From Eledone cirrhosa (lineage: Eukaryota): a stretch of 64,000 bases of DNA. The notes beneath the pieces were generated by a model. The model was not told where the DNA came from. It ran no database searches and saw nothing but the letters and a program-made list of their open reading frames with translations. The stretch spans positions 95,418,001 through 95,482,000 of the forward strand of contig OZ024745.1 of assembly GCA_964016885.1 (NCBI GenBank), written 5' to 3'. The translations under genes and the position numbers were made by a program. Shown here in pieces: positions 11,999 through 25,404 of this stretch; within the stretch, counting starts at the first letter, position 1, and every line of letters begins with the position of its first letter.

Positions 11999-12776
11999 CA
12001 ATACTATATCAGAAATCTAATAAACAAAATTAGTCTTTCAAGGGAAAAAACTCTGATTGCTAAATAAGATTTTGTTTCAGAGTTTTTTCCCTTGGAATTT
12101 TACTGCTTAATAGTTCATACAAGATTTTCAAAGATAAGGTATATAAAATGTTATGGTGGTTTCAAAGATTACTGACAACATTTATAAAAATTATATCAAC
12201 TTGAAGTTGAAACCAGTATGTTACTTGTTATTTAGTGGGTCAAATCATTTCAGATTCTGAGACCTTATGTCAAGTTGAAGGGAATCAATTTATTAAGATA
12301 CTATAATTTTGTAGAGTAGCTCTGGTAGGGAGAAATACATGTATTTGGGGGGTTAGATAAAGATAGGCTTTATTCTGTATTATGTTTTGAAGATTTTTTT
12401 TGTCATATGCTCATTGTTTTAAATCTTTGCTAATATTTACAACAACCCTTGTGGCCAGTAAAGAAAGAATCATTTGAATGTGCTGCTCAGTGTTGCTGCT
12501 TATCTTAGTTTCTTGCCTGAGCAGAGATTTATACAAATAAGGTTTATACAAATTAGGTTTGTGAATTGTTTATCCTTCAAGCTACCCATTCAATGGGGTA
12601 GTGACATTAAATAAGAACCAGGTAAAGAGGCTTCTTAAATCCTGACACACAACAACCTACCTAATGCTGGTGGTGCAATAAAATGCATTCAGTACATATT
12701 GTAAAGTGGTTTAAAAGGCATCAAACCTTAAAAATCATACCAATAATTGAAATATATGAATGACATAGAGTGACAC

Positions 12777-12885
12777 CTGGAATATATGACAGTGGGTGTC
12801 ACCAATTACTGAAATATATGACAGTGGGTGTCACCAATAACTGAAATATATGACAGTGGGTGTCACCAATAACTGGAATATATAA
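12777..12885. repeat. 32-bp minisatellite, about 3 copies
   Basis: Unit ctgaaatatatgacagtgggtgtcaccaataa. Confidence 0.9.
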
Positions 12886-13046
12886 ATGAGACTGGGCACT
12901 ACAAGCCAAATCATAGGCTACCCATCTAGGATGGCAGTAACTTTGAATAAAAACTGGTACAAGGTAGAAATTACTGTTTAGTTCAGCTAAACACTACCAC
13001 TTTGGTGCTGGTGTCACAATAAAAGATACCCCGTTTATATTATAGT

Positions 13047-13325
13047 GGAGGCACGTGGCCTAGTGGTAAGGGTGTTGGACTTACGATCATAATGTTGTGG
13101 GTTCGATTCCTGGGTTGTGTGTTGTGTTCTTGAGCAAAACACTTCATTTCACGTTGCTCCAGTATACTCAGCTGAAAATTAGTACCAGCAAGAGCTGGAG
13201 ATTTAACCCTGCGATGGACTGACATCCTGTCCAGGGGGAAGTCTTGTACTCTCAGTCGCTTCATGCCATGAAAGCGGGATAAGCACCAGCCAAATGAGCC
13301 TTCTGGCTTAAAACAAAATTTAGAC
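13047..13325 (+). mobile_element. tRNA-derived CORE-type SINE
   Basis: A box tggcctagtgg, B box ggttcgattcc, CORE-like gttcttgagcaaaacact. Confidence 0.8.
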
Positions 13326-13812
13326 TTTAGACTTTTTAGTCTACATTATAGTCACATTATAGTCTACAAATCTGGCTAGTTATCTTGGTTCCTATGTACC
13401 AGATGTTACAGATCTCGATGAGATGTGGACCATAACAAATGCTATGATACTCATCCAACCCATGCCAGCATAAAATGATGACAAGCAAACCTAATCTGCA
13501 GATTTTATATATAAATGAACTGCATTAAATAAAGAATAGATTAAAAATACTAGCAGGCGTATCAATTAGAATCATTTTTTAAATTATTAGTTTAAATATT
13601 ATGGTTTTAAATAGTAGGTTTTATAAATACACCAATTTTGACATATTATTAGAATCTGTGTGTCTCTCTGTTTTCATAAGAGTAACGAAAAGGGTTGGCA
13701 TCAAGAAGGGTATCCAGCCCTAAAATGTTGCCTTTAAAAGGGCCTTATAATGAGCATGTAGACTGCCATGAAGTCTCCAATGTTATCTCCTACTCTATTA
13801 AGGAAATTGGCC

Positions 13813-14028
13813 TTAACTCTTTAGCATTTACATTACCGTGAAAATACAATAATAAATATAGAGTAAACACTTTATTTCACATAATATCGAATTTATGAAA
13901 TTTTGATATTATTCATTTTGAGAACAATACCTTAACATAAGTATGAGCAATCAGTTACGGCAAATCTGAACGGAAAGAAGGGAGAGAATTCTGGCCAGAT
14001 ATGGCTGGCTTAAATGCTAAAGGGTTAA
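13813..14028. mobile_element. piggyBac-like MITE
   Basis: ttaactctttagcattta ... taaatgctaaagggttaa. Confidence 0.75.
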
Positions 14029-14076
14029 ATTGCTTTTTGTATTAGAATCTAAGAAACTGTCAAGTTTACAGTATAC

Positions 14077-14278
14077 CTGCTAACTTGGGTAATGTGCTTC
14101 ATAAGTACATGGTAAGATACATTTATATTTATTGTTTCATTGGGAATTAATGCATTTGCAGACACACAATCAACAATTAGAGACGAGCAATGAATCTTCA
14201 ACCTTTTGGCTTTAAATTTGACATCCAATTTAATCGGCTCCTTATGTACCAACATTTTGATATTAATTTTAACTGAAA
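14077..14278 (-). CDS. Putative orphan coding exon, beta-strand-rich, protein unidentified
   Basis: Strong acceptor tgtatttctgtatttttcag; open frame SVKINIKMLVHKEPIKLDVKFKAKRLKIHCSSLIVDCVSANALIPNETININVSYHVLMKHITQVS; donor CAG|gtatac. Confidence 0.4.
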
Positions 14279-14492
14279 CTGAAAAATACAGAAATACATT
14301 GTTTTATGGTTGGAGTTTATGGTAAAATATATGTAATGGTTGCTTCATGTAAGGCTGTTTTATGTTTACTTTGATATTTGAAATAAGATGGGGAAAATGT
14401 CCAGGCGTTAGCATTTTGAAAATAAAGTTTTGGGAAATATCTTTAGTACAAAAGGAGATTCAATTTATCACATTCATGAGCATTTAAAAAAA

Positions 14493-14885
14493 AAATAATT
14501 GTTTCTACTTTTGGTACAAGGCCAACAATTACCCCAGTGCATTACTGGTACTTTATTTTATCAACCCTGTAAGGACGAAAGGCAAAGTTAACCTCGGCAG
14601 GATTTGAACTCAGAACACAAAGGGCCATAACTATGTTGCAAAGCATTGTGTCTGACGCTCTACTGATACTGCCAATCCAGTGTCCTTTTTTTAAATAATT
14701 GTTTCTACTTTTAGGCACAAGGCCAGCAATTACCCAGTGCATTACTGGTACTTTATTTTATCGACCCCGTAAGGATGAAAGGCAAAGTCAACCTCGGCGG
14801 GATTTGAACTCAGATCGTAAAGGGATGTACTATGCTGGAAATCATGGCGTCCGACCCTCTACCGATACTGCCAATCTACCGCCCT
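14493..14885 (-). mobile_element. Two tandem SINE family A copies (14493-14680 and 14694-14885)
   Basis: Both are full-length reverse complements of 15639-15822. Confidence 0.9.
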
Positions 14886-15638
14886 TTTTTTAATCTACCG
14901 TCCTTTTTTTAAATAATGGACTTCTTGTAGTTTATACGGGTGATGGTAAAGTTTGAAATAGTCAAACATGGAATTTAGTGATGCACAATTTTTGCAAAAG
15001 TAATTTACAACATTCATGAACCATCAAATAATATTCTAATCTTAATTACATTGTAAACACAGCAGGATATGAATATTTTAGACTAAGAAAGTAATTGTGC
15101 ATTATATATTAAGATTTACTTTTAACTTTTTGATTTTATATTGTCTTATGTAAAATATTAGTGACTTCATTGATTTTATGAAATTTCTTATGAACCACCA
15201 AAACATTCGTATAAACACATAACTATATTATCATTTTTATCAGTTCCAATGATTGATTCCGCTGACTGAATCTTTCCTTTAAAGATTTGGTTGTGCTTAA
15301 TCAACAGAAATTGTTACTCCTGTATCACCTCCTGTATCAAATTTCTTGGAAAAGTGTTTTATTCATGTATTTTTTTAGTTTCATCTCATTGAAAAAAAAA
15401 ATCAGATATTCAGATTGGTTTTTAAATGTTTAAAATGTTCTATACATAGAAAGTTTAATTTTAAAATTTTATGTTCAATTTAATTCTATAGATATAAAGT
15501 GCATCCATCTATAAATCCACCACTGATCCTTGCCCAAAATAAATACAAATGTTTCAAGTTTGAGAAAGAGAGCCATGTATTGCTTATTTATTCTGAAAAC
15601 CTATCTAGCAGTTAAGAGTCATTATTAAACATGCTTGA

Positions 15639-15822
15639 TGGATTGGCAGTATCGGTAGAGGGTCGGATGCCATGCTTTCCAGCATAGTTACGTCCCTTTA
15701 TGATCTGAGTTCAAATCCCGCCGAGGTTAACTTTGCCTTTCATCCTTACGGGGTCGATAAAATAAAGTACCAGTAATGCACTGGGTAATTTCTGGCCTTG
15801 TGCCTAAAGTAGAAACAATTAT
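15639..15822 (+). mobile_element. SINE family A, full length
   Basis: tRNA-like head (tggcagtatcggtagag; gagttcaaatccc), central gcctttcatccttacggggtcgataaaataaagtacc domain, tail gaaacaattatt; flanked by the duplication ttattaaacatgctt. Confidence 0.9.
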
Positions 15823-16049
15823 TAAACATGCTTATGTTTTTATTAGTTTTCCCTAGATTTTTAGATTTACTTATTTTCAACAAAACATTTCCTCTTTTTT
15901 AAAGGCATCCCTGGGGTAAGTTAAATTTAGAAGAGTATGTATTCATAAATATAATGATGTTTTGTTTCTGTAACTTTATCTCTTCATCATACAGAATAGT
16001 AAAAGATTTAAAGGAAGAAAGGAAAGGACATTCACTCCAATAGGTTTTA

Positions 16050-16288
16050 TTAACCCTTTATAACTGCATTTCTAATGAAATACACTTTATTTTAATTAGC
16101 TAATGACGAATTTTGAGGGATTTACTAAAATTATTAATTATTTCATTATTAAGATATTAACTTAATGTAAGGTTCTTATATAAAATTATGTTGGAAGATT
16201 TTAATTTAAATGGGAAACCTTTAAAATGGGTGATTTTATTTCATAGAACCAGAGCCAGTTTTGGCCAGGTTGGTAACTAAAGGGTTAA
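16050..16288. mobile_element. piggyBac-like MITE, second subfamily
   Basis: ttaacccttt...aaagggttaa; inverted relatives at 17180-17399 and 23091-23339. Confidence 0.7.
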
Positions 16289-16314
16289 TTTTCTTTCAAG
16301 TATAGATGTTCAGA

Positions 16315-16490
16315 AATAATTGTTTCTACGTTTGGCACAAGGCCAGCAATTACTGGTACTTTATTTTATCGACCCCGTAAGGATGAAAGGCAAAGTTAAC
16401 CTCGGCGGGATTTGAACTCAGAATGGCAAGGGCCGTAACTCTATACGTCAAAGCATAGCGTCCGACCCTCTACCGATACTGCCAATCCAC
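16315..16490 (-). mobile_element. SINE family A copy
   Basis: Near-identical to the family consensus; flanked by the duplication cagaaataat. Confidence 0.9.
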
Positions 16491-17179
16491 AGAAATAATG
16501 CCTCCCATTATTATTCTCTTTTCCTTCATGTTATATATCCCAGAGCTATCATATTCATTTCAAATAATTTTAAAAATATGAAATTCAGTTGACTTCTTTT
16601 GATAATTTCAGTACAAACAATTTCATTCAGCATGTAGAATTATTGCTCAGCTAATGGATATAACATTAGGCTTCAGATATCAAGTTAGAATATATTTGGG
16701 TTAAAATGTCAATAATACCAATTATTGTACGATGAACTGCCACACCTAGAATTTTGTAAGAAAACTTAGTTATTACACTTTGAATAGACTAAGAACATAA
16801 ATATTCTACATCAAGTATTGTGTGTGCCCTTTACACGGCCCGTAATATAATTTTTCTTGGTTTGTGTAATTGAGCAAGAGGTTTCCCTCCTACTTCACTG
16901 TTGAAGTGATTAGTTACAAGTAGTGAATCCAGCTGTAAAAACAATTCCAGGAATGAAAAAATGAAATCAAAGAAGCAAGCTCACTCCTAATATTACATGA
17001 CACACACAGGAAAAGCATGTTATCTACATTGTTTTTTTAAAGGATAAGTACCATTGCAATAACAGCAAAATACCAGTTTCATCAATTCATTCAAATATTT
17101 AAATTTGCGATGCCACTCAATAATGTTATCACTAAGGATTAATGTACAATAAAATATATTGTGGAAAGCATCTCTCACA

Positions 17180-17399
17180 TTCCTTTAGTTACCAATCTGG
17201 CCCAAACCAGCTCTGGTTCTATGAAATAAAACCAACCATTTTTAATGTTTCCAATTTGAATTAAAATCTCCCAGCATAATTTTTAAGTTACTGTCTCGGT
17301 GATGAAATAATTAATAATTTTAGTAAGTCCTTCAAAATTCTTCATTAATTAATTAAAATAGAGTGTATTTCATTAGAAATGCAGTCATGAAAGGGTTAA
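17180..17399. mobile_element. piggyBac-like MITE, second subfamily
   Basis: Reverse complement of 16050-16288; ends aaagggttaa. Confidence 0.7.
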
Positions 17400-18989
17400 A
17401 GCTGTCACTTCAAGATTATTTAACCAGAGGTTTCAAGCAAAAATATTCTTTTAAAATCTTCCGAATGTTATTTAGAACTACTTTTTTTTTAATGGTAACT
17501 TGTAATAAGATCGGTACTTTTCACTAGGGTAATATGTAGAACAAACTGGAATACTGACTGGAGTTCCTGTAAATTTTAGATAAAGGAATCATCATCATCA
17601 TCATCATCATCATCGTTTAATGTTCACTTTCCACGTTAGCATGGGTTAGACGGGTTGTCCCATTTGAGGCAAGTTGGGTCAGGTGAGCATGTCTTGTTCA
17701 TATTGAACTGTTTCTGGCTAGGTTACTGCAACTGGATGCTCTTCCTAATGCCAACCATATTTACAGGTGCTTTTTGTCATGACTCCAGCGTGACCACTTT
17801 ACAGAACTGATATTTCAAAAAGGATGCTATAATATATTATAATTATTGTTGCTTAGCTCAAGAAAGACCTGATCAAGCAGACCTATATGCTGCAATCTTT
17901 TGAGACATGTTGAAAGAGATTTATCTTAAAATAGCTCTTTATCTTGCAACAATATCTATATGTGACTCAACATATTTCCATATGAAAGTAGTAGTTTTTC
18001 AGGACTCTACAATAATAACGTTTATTATGTGTAATTCCTCTGAAGAGGCTAAGCCATTTAGCTTTTTCTAATTTCCAATGCTCTATTACTTCAAACAGGG
18101 AAATAATGTTTTACATTTTGCAAATAATCTTTGAATTATCTTTATTGGAATTTTTTTACTACTCTTAGAATTTAATCATCTTCAATACCTCAAAACAAGT
18201 TTTTTCTCCATCATATATAACAAACAAACTTTGACTCTTTAAAGCTAAACTATTGTAATGATAAGAAAAGTTAATCCAAATATATTCTGAGAATTAAAGA
18301 TAACAAACAAATGGTATATGCCTCAGTTCCTTAGATTTAATCACATGGAATACAGTTCAAATACTTTTACAGTCAATTTAGCCAAAAAATGACATAATTT
18401 TCACATAAAAAGCCTAGGATAAATTCTTTGAAATTTGTGATTATTATTCCAATGAGAAAGAGAAAAATATTTGCAATGATGGTACCAAAAACATAAATGA
18501 ATAAACTTTCTACAAAACCAAAATTATTGTAGTTATTTTTGTGTTGTATTCTGACAAAAGATCATTAGTCATAGACAGGTAGACAAAGAAATGATAGAAG
18601 ACATACAAGAGGAAGAGAATCAGGGAAATTGGAACAGAAATGTGAAAGGAATTGTAAAAAGAAAACAATGACAACACATAATTGATGTGAGGTGAAATTG
18701 AAGAACATGGATGACATGAAGGACTTGAAGGACAAAAGAATAACAAAACAACATAATAAAAATGTAATTATCACTATCCCCACCACCATTCTCATCCTCA
18801 CTTTCATTACTGTCACCATTCTTACTCTCACTTTTATCTTTATCATTCAGTTCAAAGTTCTTAAACAAACAGGACAGTATTGTTATTTGTATGGTCTTCA
18901 CACAAATAATAATTGACTAAAGAGGAAATATCAGTAGCAATAAATAGGATAGACCCTCAAGGAGAAACCATATCGACTTCTTTGAGGGT

Positions 18990-19890
18990 ATCAGATCTTT
19001 CCTTTATACAGTACCCATCAGATCTTTCCTTTATACAGTACCCATCATATATTTCCCTTATACAGTACCCATCAGACCTCTCTCTTATACAGTACCCATC
19101 AGCTCTCTTTCTTATACAGTACCCATAAGATCTTTCCTTTATACAGTACCCATCATATCTCTCTCTTATACAGTACCCATAAGACCTCTCTCTTATACAG
19201 TACCCATTATATCTCTCTCTTATACAGTACCCATAAGACCTCTCTCTTATACAGTACCCATCATATCTCTCCCTTATACAGTACCCATCATATCTCTCTC
19301 TTATACAGTACCCATCATATCTCTCTCTTATACAGTACCCATCATATCTCTCTCTTATACAGTACCCATCATATCTCTCTCTTATACAGTACCCATCATA
19401 TCTCTCTCTTATACAGTACCCATCATATCTCTCTCTTATACAGTACCCATCACACCTCTCTCTTATACAGTACCCATCACACCTCTCTCTTATACAGTAC
19501 CCATCACACCTTTCTGTATACAGTACCCATCATATATTTCCCTTATACAGTACCCATCATATCTCTCTCTTATACAGTACACATCACACCTCTCTCTTTT
19601 ACAGTACCCATCAAACCTTTCTGTATACAGTACCCATCATATCTTTCTCTTATACAGTACCCATTATATCTCTCTCTTATACAGTACCCATTATATCTCT
19701 CTCTTATACAGTACCTATCAGACATCTCTCTTATACAGTACCCATAGGACCTCTCTCTTATACAGTACCCATCATATCTCTGTCTTATACAGTACCCATC
19801 ATATCTCTCTCTTATACAGTACCCATCACACCTCTCTCTTATACGGTACCCATCAAACCTTTCTGTATACAGTACCCTTCAGATCTTTTT
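18990..19890. repeat. 27-bp minisatellite, roughly 33 copies
   Basis: Unit atacagtacccatcatatctctctctt with variant units. Confidence 0.95.
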
Positions 19891-20459
19891 CTTAAGCAAT
19901 AATCATAAGATCAGTAAATATTGAACTTGAAAATAAATACAGAGGGGCAAATAAAATTGTAAGCATACAACTGAATAACTCTCACCCCCCCCCCCCTCTC
20001 TCTCTCTTATGCACATACATATTTTTACACTCAAGCCGACATATATACATACACCATCATCATCATCATCATTTTACGTCTGCTTTTCCCTGCTTGCAAG
20101 GGTGGCCATCATTATCATAATCATCATCAGCACAACCACCATCACCACCATCATCATCATCATTCTCATCATTCTCATCATCATTTTACACCCCTTTTCC
20201 ATGCTAGTATATGCACATTATTTAAGCATACACAAATACATGCACATATATACTGTACAACTCTCACCCCACCTCTCTCTCTCACTCCCTCTCCCTCTCT
20301 CTCTGTCTTTCCCCTCTCTCTCTCTCAATATATTATATATATATATGTGTGTGTGTATATGTGTGTGTGTATGTGTACATGTGTGTATGTATATATATAG
20401 ATAGATAGATACACATATATCTATATATATGTTTATCTATCTATCTCTATATATATATA

Positions 20460-20820
20460 TGTTTCAAATACCACTTTGGAAGAAGAATCAGGATGGAGAG
20501 AGAGGTGCTGTACCCCAGCAAGTTTTATGAAAGGTGGGTGAAAGTGGCGAGAATGGCCCGAGTGAATGGGCCTTCTCTCTATATCAGCCTGTAGGTTGAG
20601 GAAAAGGAGGAGGAAAGGAAAGGAGTACAAACTCTTCGTACTCCTGCACATTTTTTCGGGGGTATGTGTTACCCATATGAACTGTCTCCCCCTATTGGGG
20701 AAAATCGACTAATTTTTTAAATTGTACTTGTGATAACATTTTACACGTTTTTATTGTATGTAAACTTCCCCCTTTGTATTTGTCCCCTTCTTTTGTGCCC
20801 CTGTGGCTAATAAAGAAACA
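20460..20820 (+). mobile_element. Tx1/L1-group LINE 3' end
   Basis: FKYHFGRRIRMEREVLYPSKFYERWVKVARMARVNGPSL* followed by a 3'UTR ending gtggctaataaagaaa; sister copy at 39840-40325. Confidence 0.7.
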
Positions 20821-20926
20821 TATCTATATATATGTATCTATCATAGATATATATATGTGTATATATATAAGGCTCTGATACCATCAACACTATAAACACA
20901 GAGGTGGCATATCTAAGAATTGACTA

Positions 20927-20982
20927 ACTGCCTGATGAGGTTATAGCCATTCAATGGCTATCATCGAAATATATATAGCAGT
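20927..20982 (+). ncRNA. Type I hammerhead ribozyme, full consensus core
   Basis: actgc CTGATGA ggttatagccat-tca-atggctatcatc GAAA tatata TA gcagt, then aataaa. Stem I 5 bp, stem II about 11 bp, palindromic stem III. Confidence 0.85.
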
Positions 20983-21031
20983 AAATAAAGGATTATAAGT
21001 TCATGCAATTGACTTATGTTTCGTCACTATT

Positions 21032-21065
<34 letters not shown>

Positions 21066-21577
21066 GTAATAATAAATTTTAATCTGTTATTTTAATAAAT
21101 ATTTAATCTGTTATTAAACTTTAATCTGTTATTTTAAAACTTAAACTTTAATCTGTTATTTTAATAAATATTTATATATATATATATATATATAGCAAAT
21201 GCTCTCAGGGTACTCTGTAGAAAGAGAGAGTGCAAAACATTTGTCAGTTGCGACTCCCAGCCCTTTTTAGAAGTCGGTAGCTTTGTTTCAGAACTGACAT
21301 GATCTGTGATGGCCTATTCCACTCTTGCTAGCAGGGAGAACAGATTTTGATGTTGATGATGAATCTATGAAGATGATGATAATGATGATGATGATGATAT
21401 ATATAGCATTTGTAAACTGACCAACAATGTAACATTGATCATAGGTTTAGTTTCATATTTATTTTTTCTTCTTTTTTTTACATTTTCATTGTGTTAATTT
21501 GGTTTGTTTTCATTTGATTGCCTCAGTTTTCAGTTGACCTTTTTACATTCACATTTCATCATTACATTACTCTAACT

Positions 21578-21936
21578 CAGTGGTTCTCAAACTTTTGGGC
21601 CACTGCCCCCACCCTCCTCACGGTTACATAATACCCTCAGCCCCCACCCACCCACCCTCCCCTCATATTTCCAGAGAGACCTACCTTCAAGCAAATTGTA
21701 AATAATATATAATAAATAAAATCGTTAATTTATATATAATAAATAATATAATATATACTATGTATAAATAAATATATATTTTTTTCATTTTACTATATAT
21801 ATATTCGTATCATTTGATATTTAATATACTTTTATATCATTATACCGCCACTCCACTGCCCCCTTAGGTGCCAGCGACCCCAGATCTTCTCAATGTCTCC
21901 TGGGGGTGCGGGTAGTGCCCACTTTGGGGACCTCTG
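21578..21936. mobile_element. hAT (Charlie-like) MITE
   Basis: TIRs cagtggttctcaaact / actttggggacctctg; degenerate 8-bp TSD ctctaact / gtcaaact. Confidence 0.7.
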
Positions 21937-22634
21937 GTCAAACTCAACATTCTGAAGAGCTTAGCCTAACATTGTAAACAAATAATAAGTAGCAAATTTA
22001 TCTAACAATAAACATATTCACTCTACATTGATTTTTTATATTGAGTACTCCTATTTGACAGTAGCTACATCTGTTCTCATCAATAGATTTTACAACTATA
22101 TGTGTATTTGTAAATAGGTGGTGGTGGTGTAAAAATACAGATTCATTAGTTCCAGCTATGATCATCCTGTCTTTTTGTATATCAGAAACTACATTGTCAA
22201 AAAATATCCTTTATTTAAGATGGTAGGTTTTGATTTGAGGGAAATTTAGTAGCTTTTTCTAACATATTTAGCAAGTGCTTAGAGTTTCACCCTCTTCAGT
22301 TCATGTTAATATATATTGTAAATAGATATTATTACAATTGTTTTTTGTTGCTGTTTTTTTGTGGGGGATGGCTTAAATATTGATTCGTAAATGCAGTATA
22401 TGAAAACAATTGTTTGATCTTTCATGATGTAAGGAATCAATTGCAGGATGATCAGCTCTAGTGATTTGTAGTGGATAAGGAAATGGCAGTTGTGCTTTTC
22501 ATGTCATTTATATAAAAGTTAATTCTTAAGATCTCGTGATTTAGCAGAAAATATCTAAAAACAAGCTTGTTAGTTTATATGTATACAGTATCATTGCTAT
22601 TAGGCAGATTATTGTGAAACTGTATTACTATTGT

Positions 22635-22840
22635 GAAGGTGCATGACTGAGTGGTTAGAGATTTGGATTCGCAATTGTGAGGTTGTTATTTCGATTCCCA
22701 GATCGGGGGATATGTTATGTCCTTGAGCAAGACACGTTATTTCACATTGCTCCTTTGCCTGGATTTGTGACCAACAGATAATATTAGCAATATGAAAGAC
22801 CAATGGAAACATTGTTTCCTTGGTCTAAGTGAATGAGGTC
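22635..22840 (+). mobile_element. tRNA-derived CORE-type SINE
   Basis: Same head, CORE and tail as 9792-10000. Confidence 0.8.
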
Positions 22841-23090
22841 GATTGTGAGAATTGGTTTGAAATATGATGCCATCATAGTACTGTTTTATATGTTCCAAAG
22901 TTGTCTTGCAAATGTAGTTTTATGTGGAACAGAATGTTAAGAGCAAAGAGAATAAGTGAAAAAACTGCAGCAGATTGTCAAATTATATTTGTTGTAGTTA
23001 CAGTTTAACAGGGGTTTGATTGTTTCTTCTTTTCCTCTGTGTTATTTGTGAAAGTTGCTGATGTCTGTGTGTTTGTGAATGTAAATCACT

Positions 23091-23339
23091 TAACCTTTTT
23101 GTTACAATATTTCTCATGAAATACACTGCCTATGAGTATCAATTAATTTTGAAAATTTGAAGAATTTAATGAGATAACTAAACTTTTCATTAATAAGCTG
23201 ATGTTTAAAGCACCACTTAGCAAACATTTCTTAAATATAATTATGATGGAAGATTTTAATATAAATATGAACATTTATAAATAAGTAGTTGTGTATCTTT
23301 ACCAGGGTGGGTTCAGGCAGTTGGTATTCAAAGGGTTAA
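23091..23339. mobile_element. piggyBac-like MITE, diverged
   Basis: ttaaccttttt ... aaagggttaa; interior related to 16050-16288. Confidence 0.55.
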
Positions 23340-24797
23340 TCATGAGGATAGGCAATACCCATGACTTTCTTTAGAGCCTCTGAAACTTGTAAAAGTGAGT
23401 GAGGAAGGTATGCTACAACTACAAATCTAATCTTATTGTTTTCAACAGAGTGGACTCCATGAAAGGCACCAAACTGTTTAGTTAAATGGTGTTAAACTGG
23501 ACGACAATGTAACACTACAACTCAGAATTTGAACTCACAATACAAAGCATTTCATCAGATGCTTTAACTATTTCTGCAGTCCACACCACTAGACTGATAT
23601 CTTATATATTAATCCCATGAAAATGAAAGGCAAAGTGATCCTCAGAACTCAAGGAACTGGTAGTACCTAATACTGCAAAGCATTTTTGTTTTAACACAGT
23701 GACCCTTCTACCAGTTCCCCCACCTACCCTGCTATTTAAAGAAATATTTCTATGTTTATAGATTTTCTTCACCGATAAGGTAAATCTATTAAGTTAGCCA
23801 AAGCCTGAACTGCTTCCAGTCAACAACCTATAACCTATTTGTGCTTAACTGAGGAAAAGAACCAAGATTTGATAACTCGCTATAAATTTGACATTTTAAG
23901 GAATTCTAAAATGTGTATAGTTTGAATACAGTAAAGTGTACTGTAAATGAATATTATATTATAAATCATTTCCACATTCATGTCTGAGGACTGGAATAAA
24001 AATTATGTATACTATACTATATTATATTTAATATAGAAATTGGTTGTACAGGACTAGAATTGTTTCATTTGTATGAAATCATCAGGGCATTCATGATGAT
24101 TTCATAAGAATGAAACAGTTCTAGTCATAAATCAGTTTATATATGTTTTCCAAGCTTGCATGTGTTGGACATATATATATATATAAATATATACATATGT
24201 ATAATATGTGTATGTGTGAGCTAATATCTCATTCTGTGTAAAAAATGCAAGTAATTGAACTCCAAGATACCAAAAGCCAGGTGGATTTTATAACTATGTA
24301 ATCTGTCACCCAGTAGTGCTAAGTAATTAGAAATATTAATAATTACAGTATTACTAGTTACAGTAGTACCTAATTACAGCTGTATCAAAATAGTTGTTAA
24401 AAGCTAAGTATCTTGCTGAGTGTAAGTATCAATATATGACACATACTTATACTATAGTAAATTAAACTGTTAAAATCTTTGTGACAAGACCTGTCTCATA
24501 CTTCATCAACTTAAGCACTACAGGCTCCTCAAACTATATAACACCATATATAGAATATATCTACTTCAGTTTCGACTACATGTGTTCCAGTTGTTTGATC
24601 AATGAAACAGCCTGCTCATGAAGTAGCTGAGCATTCTTCAGACTTGTGTACTTGTGGATAATTCTCAGGGAGATTCAGCATGACACAGTGAGTGACATGG
24701 CTTTGAATTACAGGTATAGTTCATTCACATGGGCTTCTAAACAGTTTCCTTCTATCCAGGTATACTTGGCAAGTTTCATATAGTCTCAAGCCAACCA

Positions 24798-25118
24798 TGT
24801 GTCCGAACCCGGAAGAGCCGAACTCCCACTGTCATCGCCTCCATCTCTCTCACCCTCCCTATCTCTCTGTATTATGAGAAAATGGGGTCCCATGTGCTGG
24901 CTGCCCCACAGCCCAGGTGGACAAAATGGAGAAGGCATTTACCTGGAGGATAGTAAGGGAGATGCGCTGGAAGAGCCATTCCATCTTGCGAGGCTCACAC
25001 CTGCGGCTAGCCAGCTCAGCGCCTATGGTGGTGAATAGGGAGGTAGCCTTAGGGCCAAGGACACCAGAAGTCTCCACTGCTAGGGGCATGACCGCAAACC
25101 TGTTGGAGAGTGACCGAT
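24798..25118 (-). mobile_element. CRE-like non-LTR retrotransposon 3' end (restriction-like endonuclease)
   Basis: PLAVETSGVLGPKATSLFTTIGAELASRRCEPRKMEWLFQRISLTILQVNAFSIL matches the CRE-clade C-terminal signature. Confidence 0.8.
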
Positions 25119-25404
25119 GCTATTTAATATTTCAAGTAAAATACATTATATTAGCAGTAAAGTGTATGCCTGTCAGTTATAAAGAAATAAATAGTGTATT
25201 CAATTTATTTCTTTATAACTTAGAAACATTTTGTTTTAAAATGGGGTGGGAAATGGCAACCTTCACATGGTCCACCCTGTACTGAATTCATCTCAACTAA
25301 TGCCATTGTTTGATATATGTACAGTGCTCTATATATGCTCAATATATATATATATTTTAAATAGAGATTATAAAGTATAGGGGTGTATGTATAAGTAGTG
25401 TCCA

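Noticed and set aside
15639-15722. tRNA gene
   Set aside because: A/B boxes belong to SINE heads that continue into the SINE body; no cloverleaf recognised. The same applies at 13047 and 62215.
18565-18916. Acidic ORF (DKDKSESKNGDSNESEDENGGGDSD)
   Set aside because: Best explained as a decayed (GAT/GGT)n microsatellite; no convincing exon boundaries or homology.
18990-19890. CRISPR-like array
   Set aside because: Eukaryotic context, no unique spacers and no cas genes; it is a head-to-tail minisatellite.
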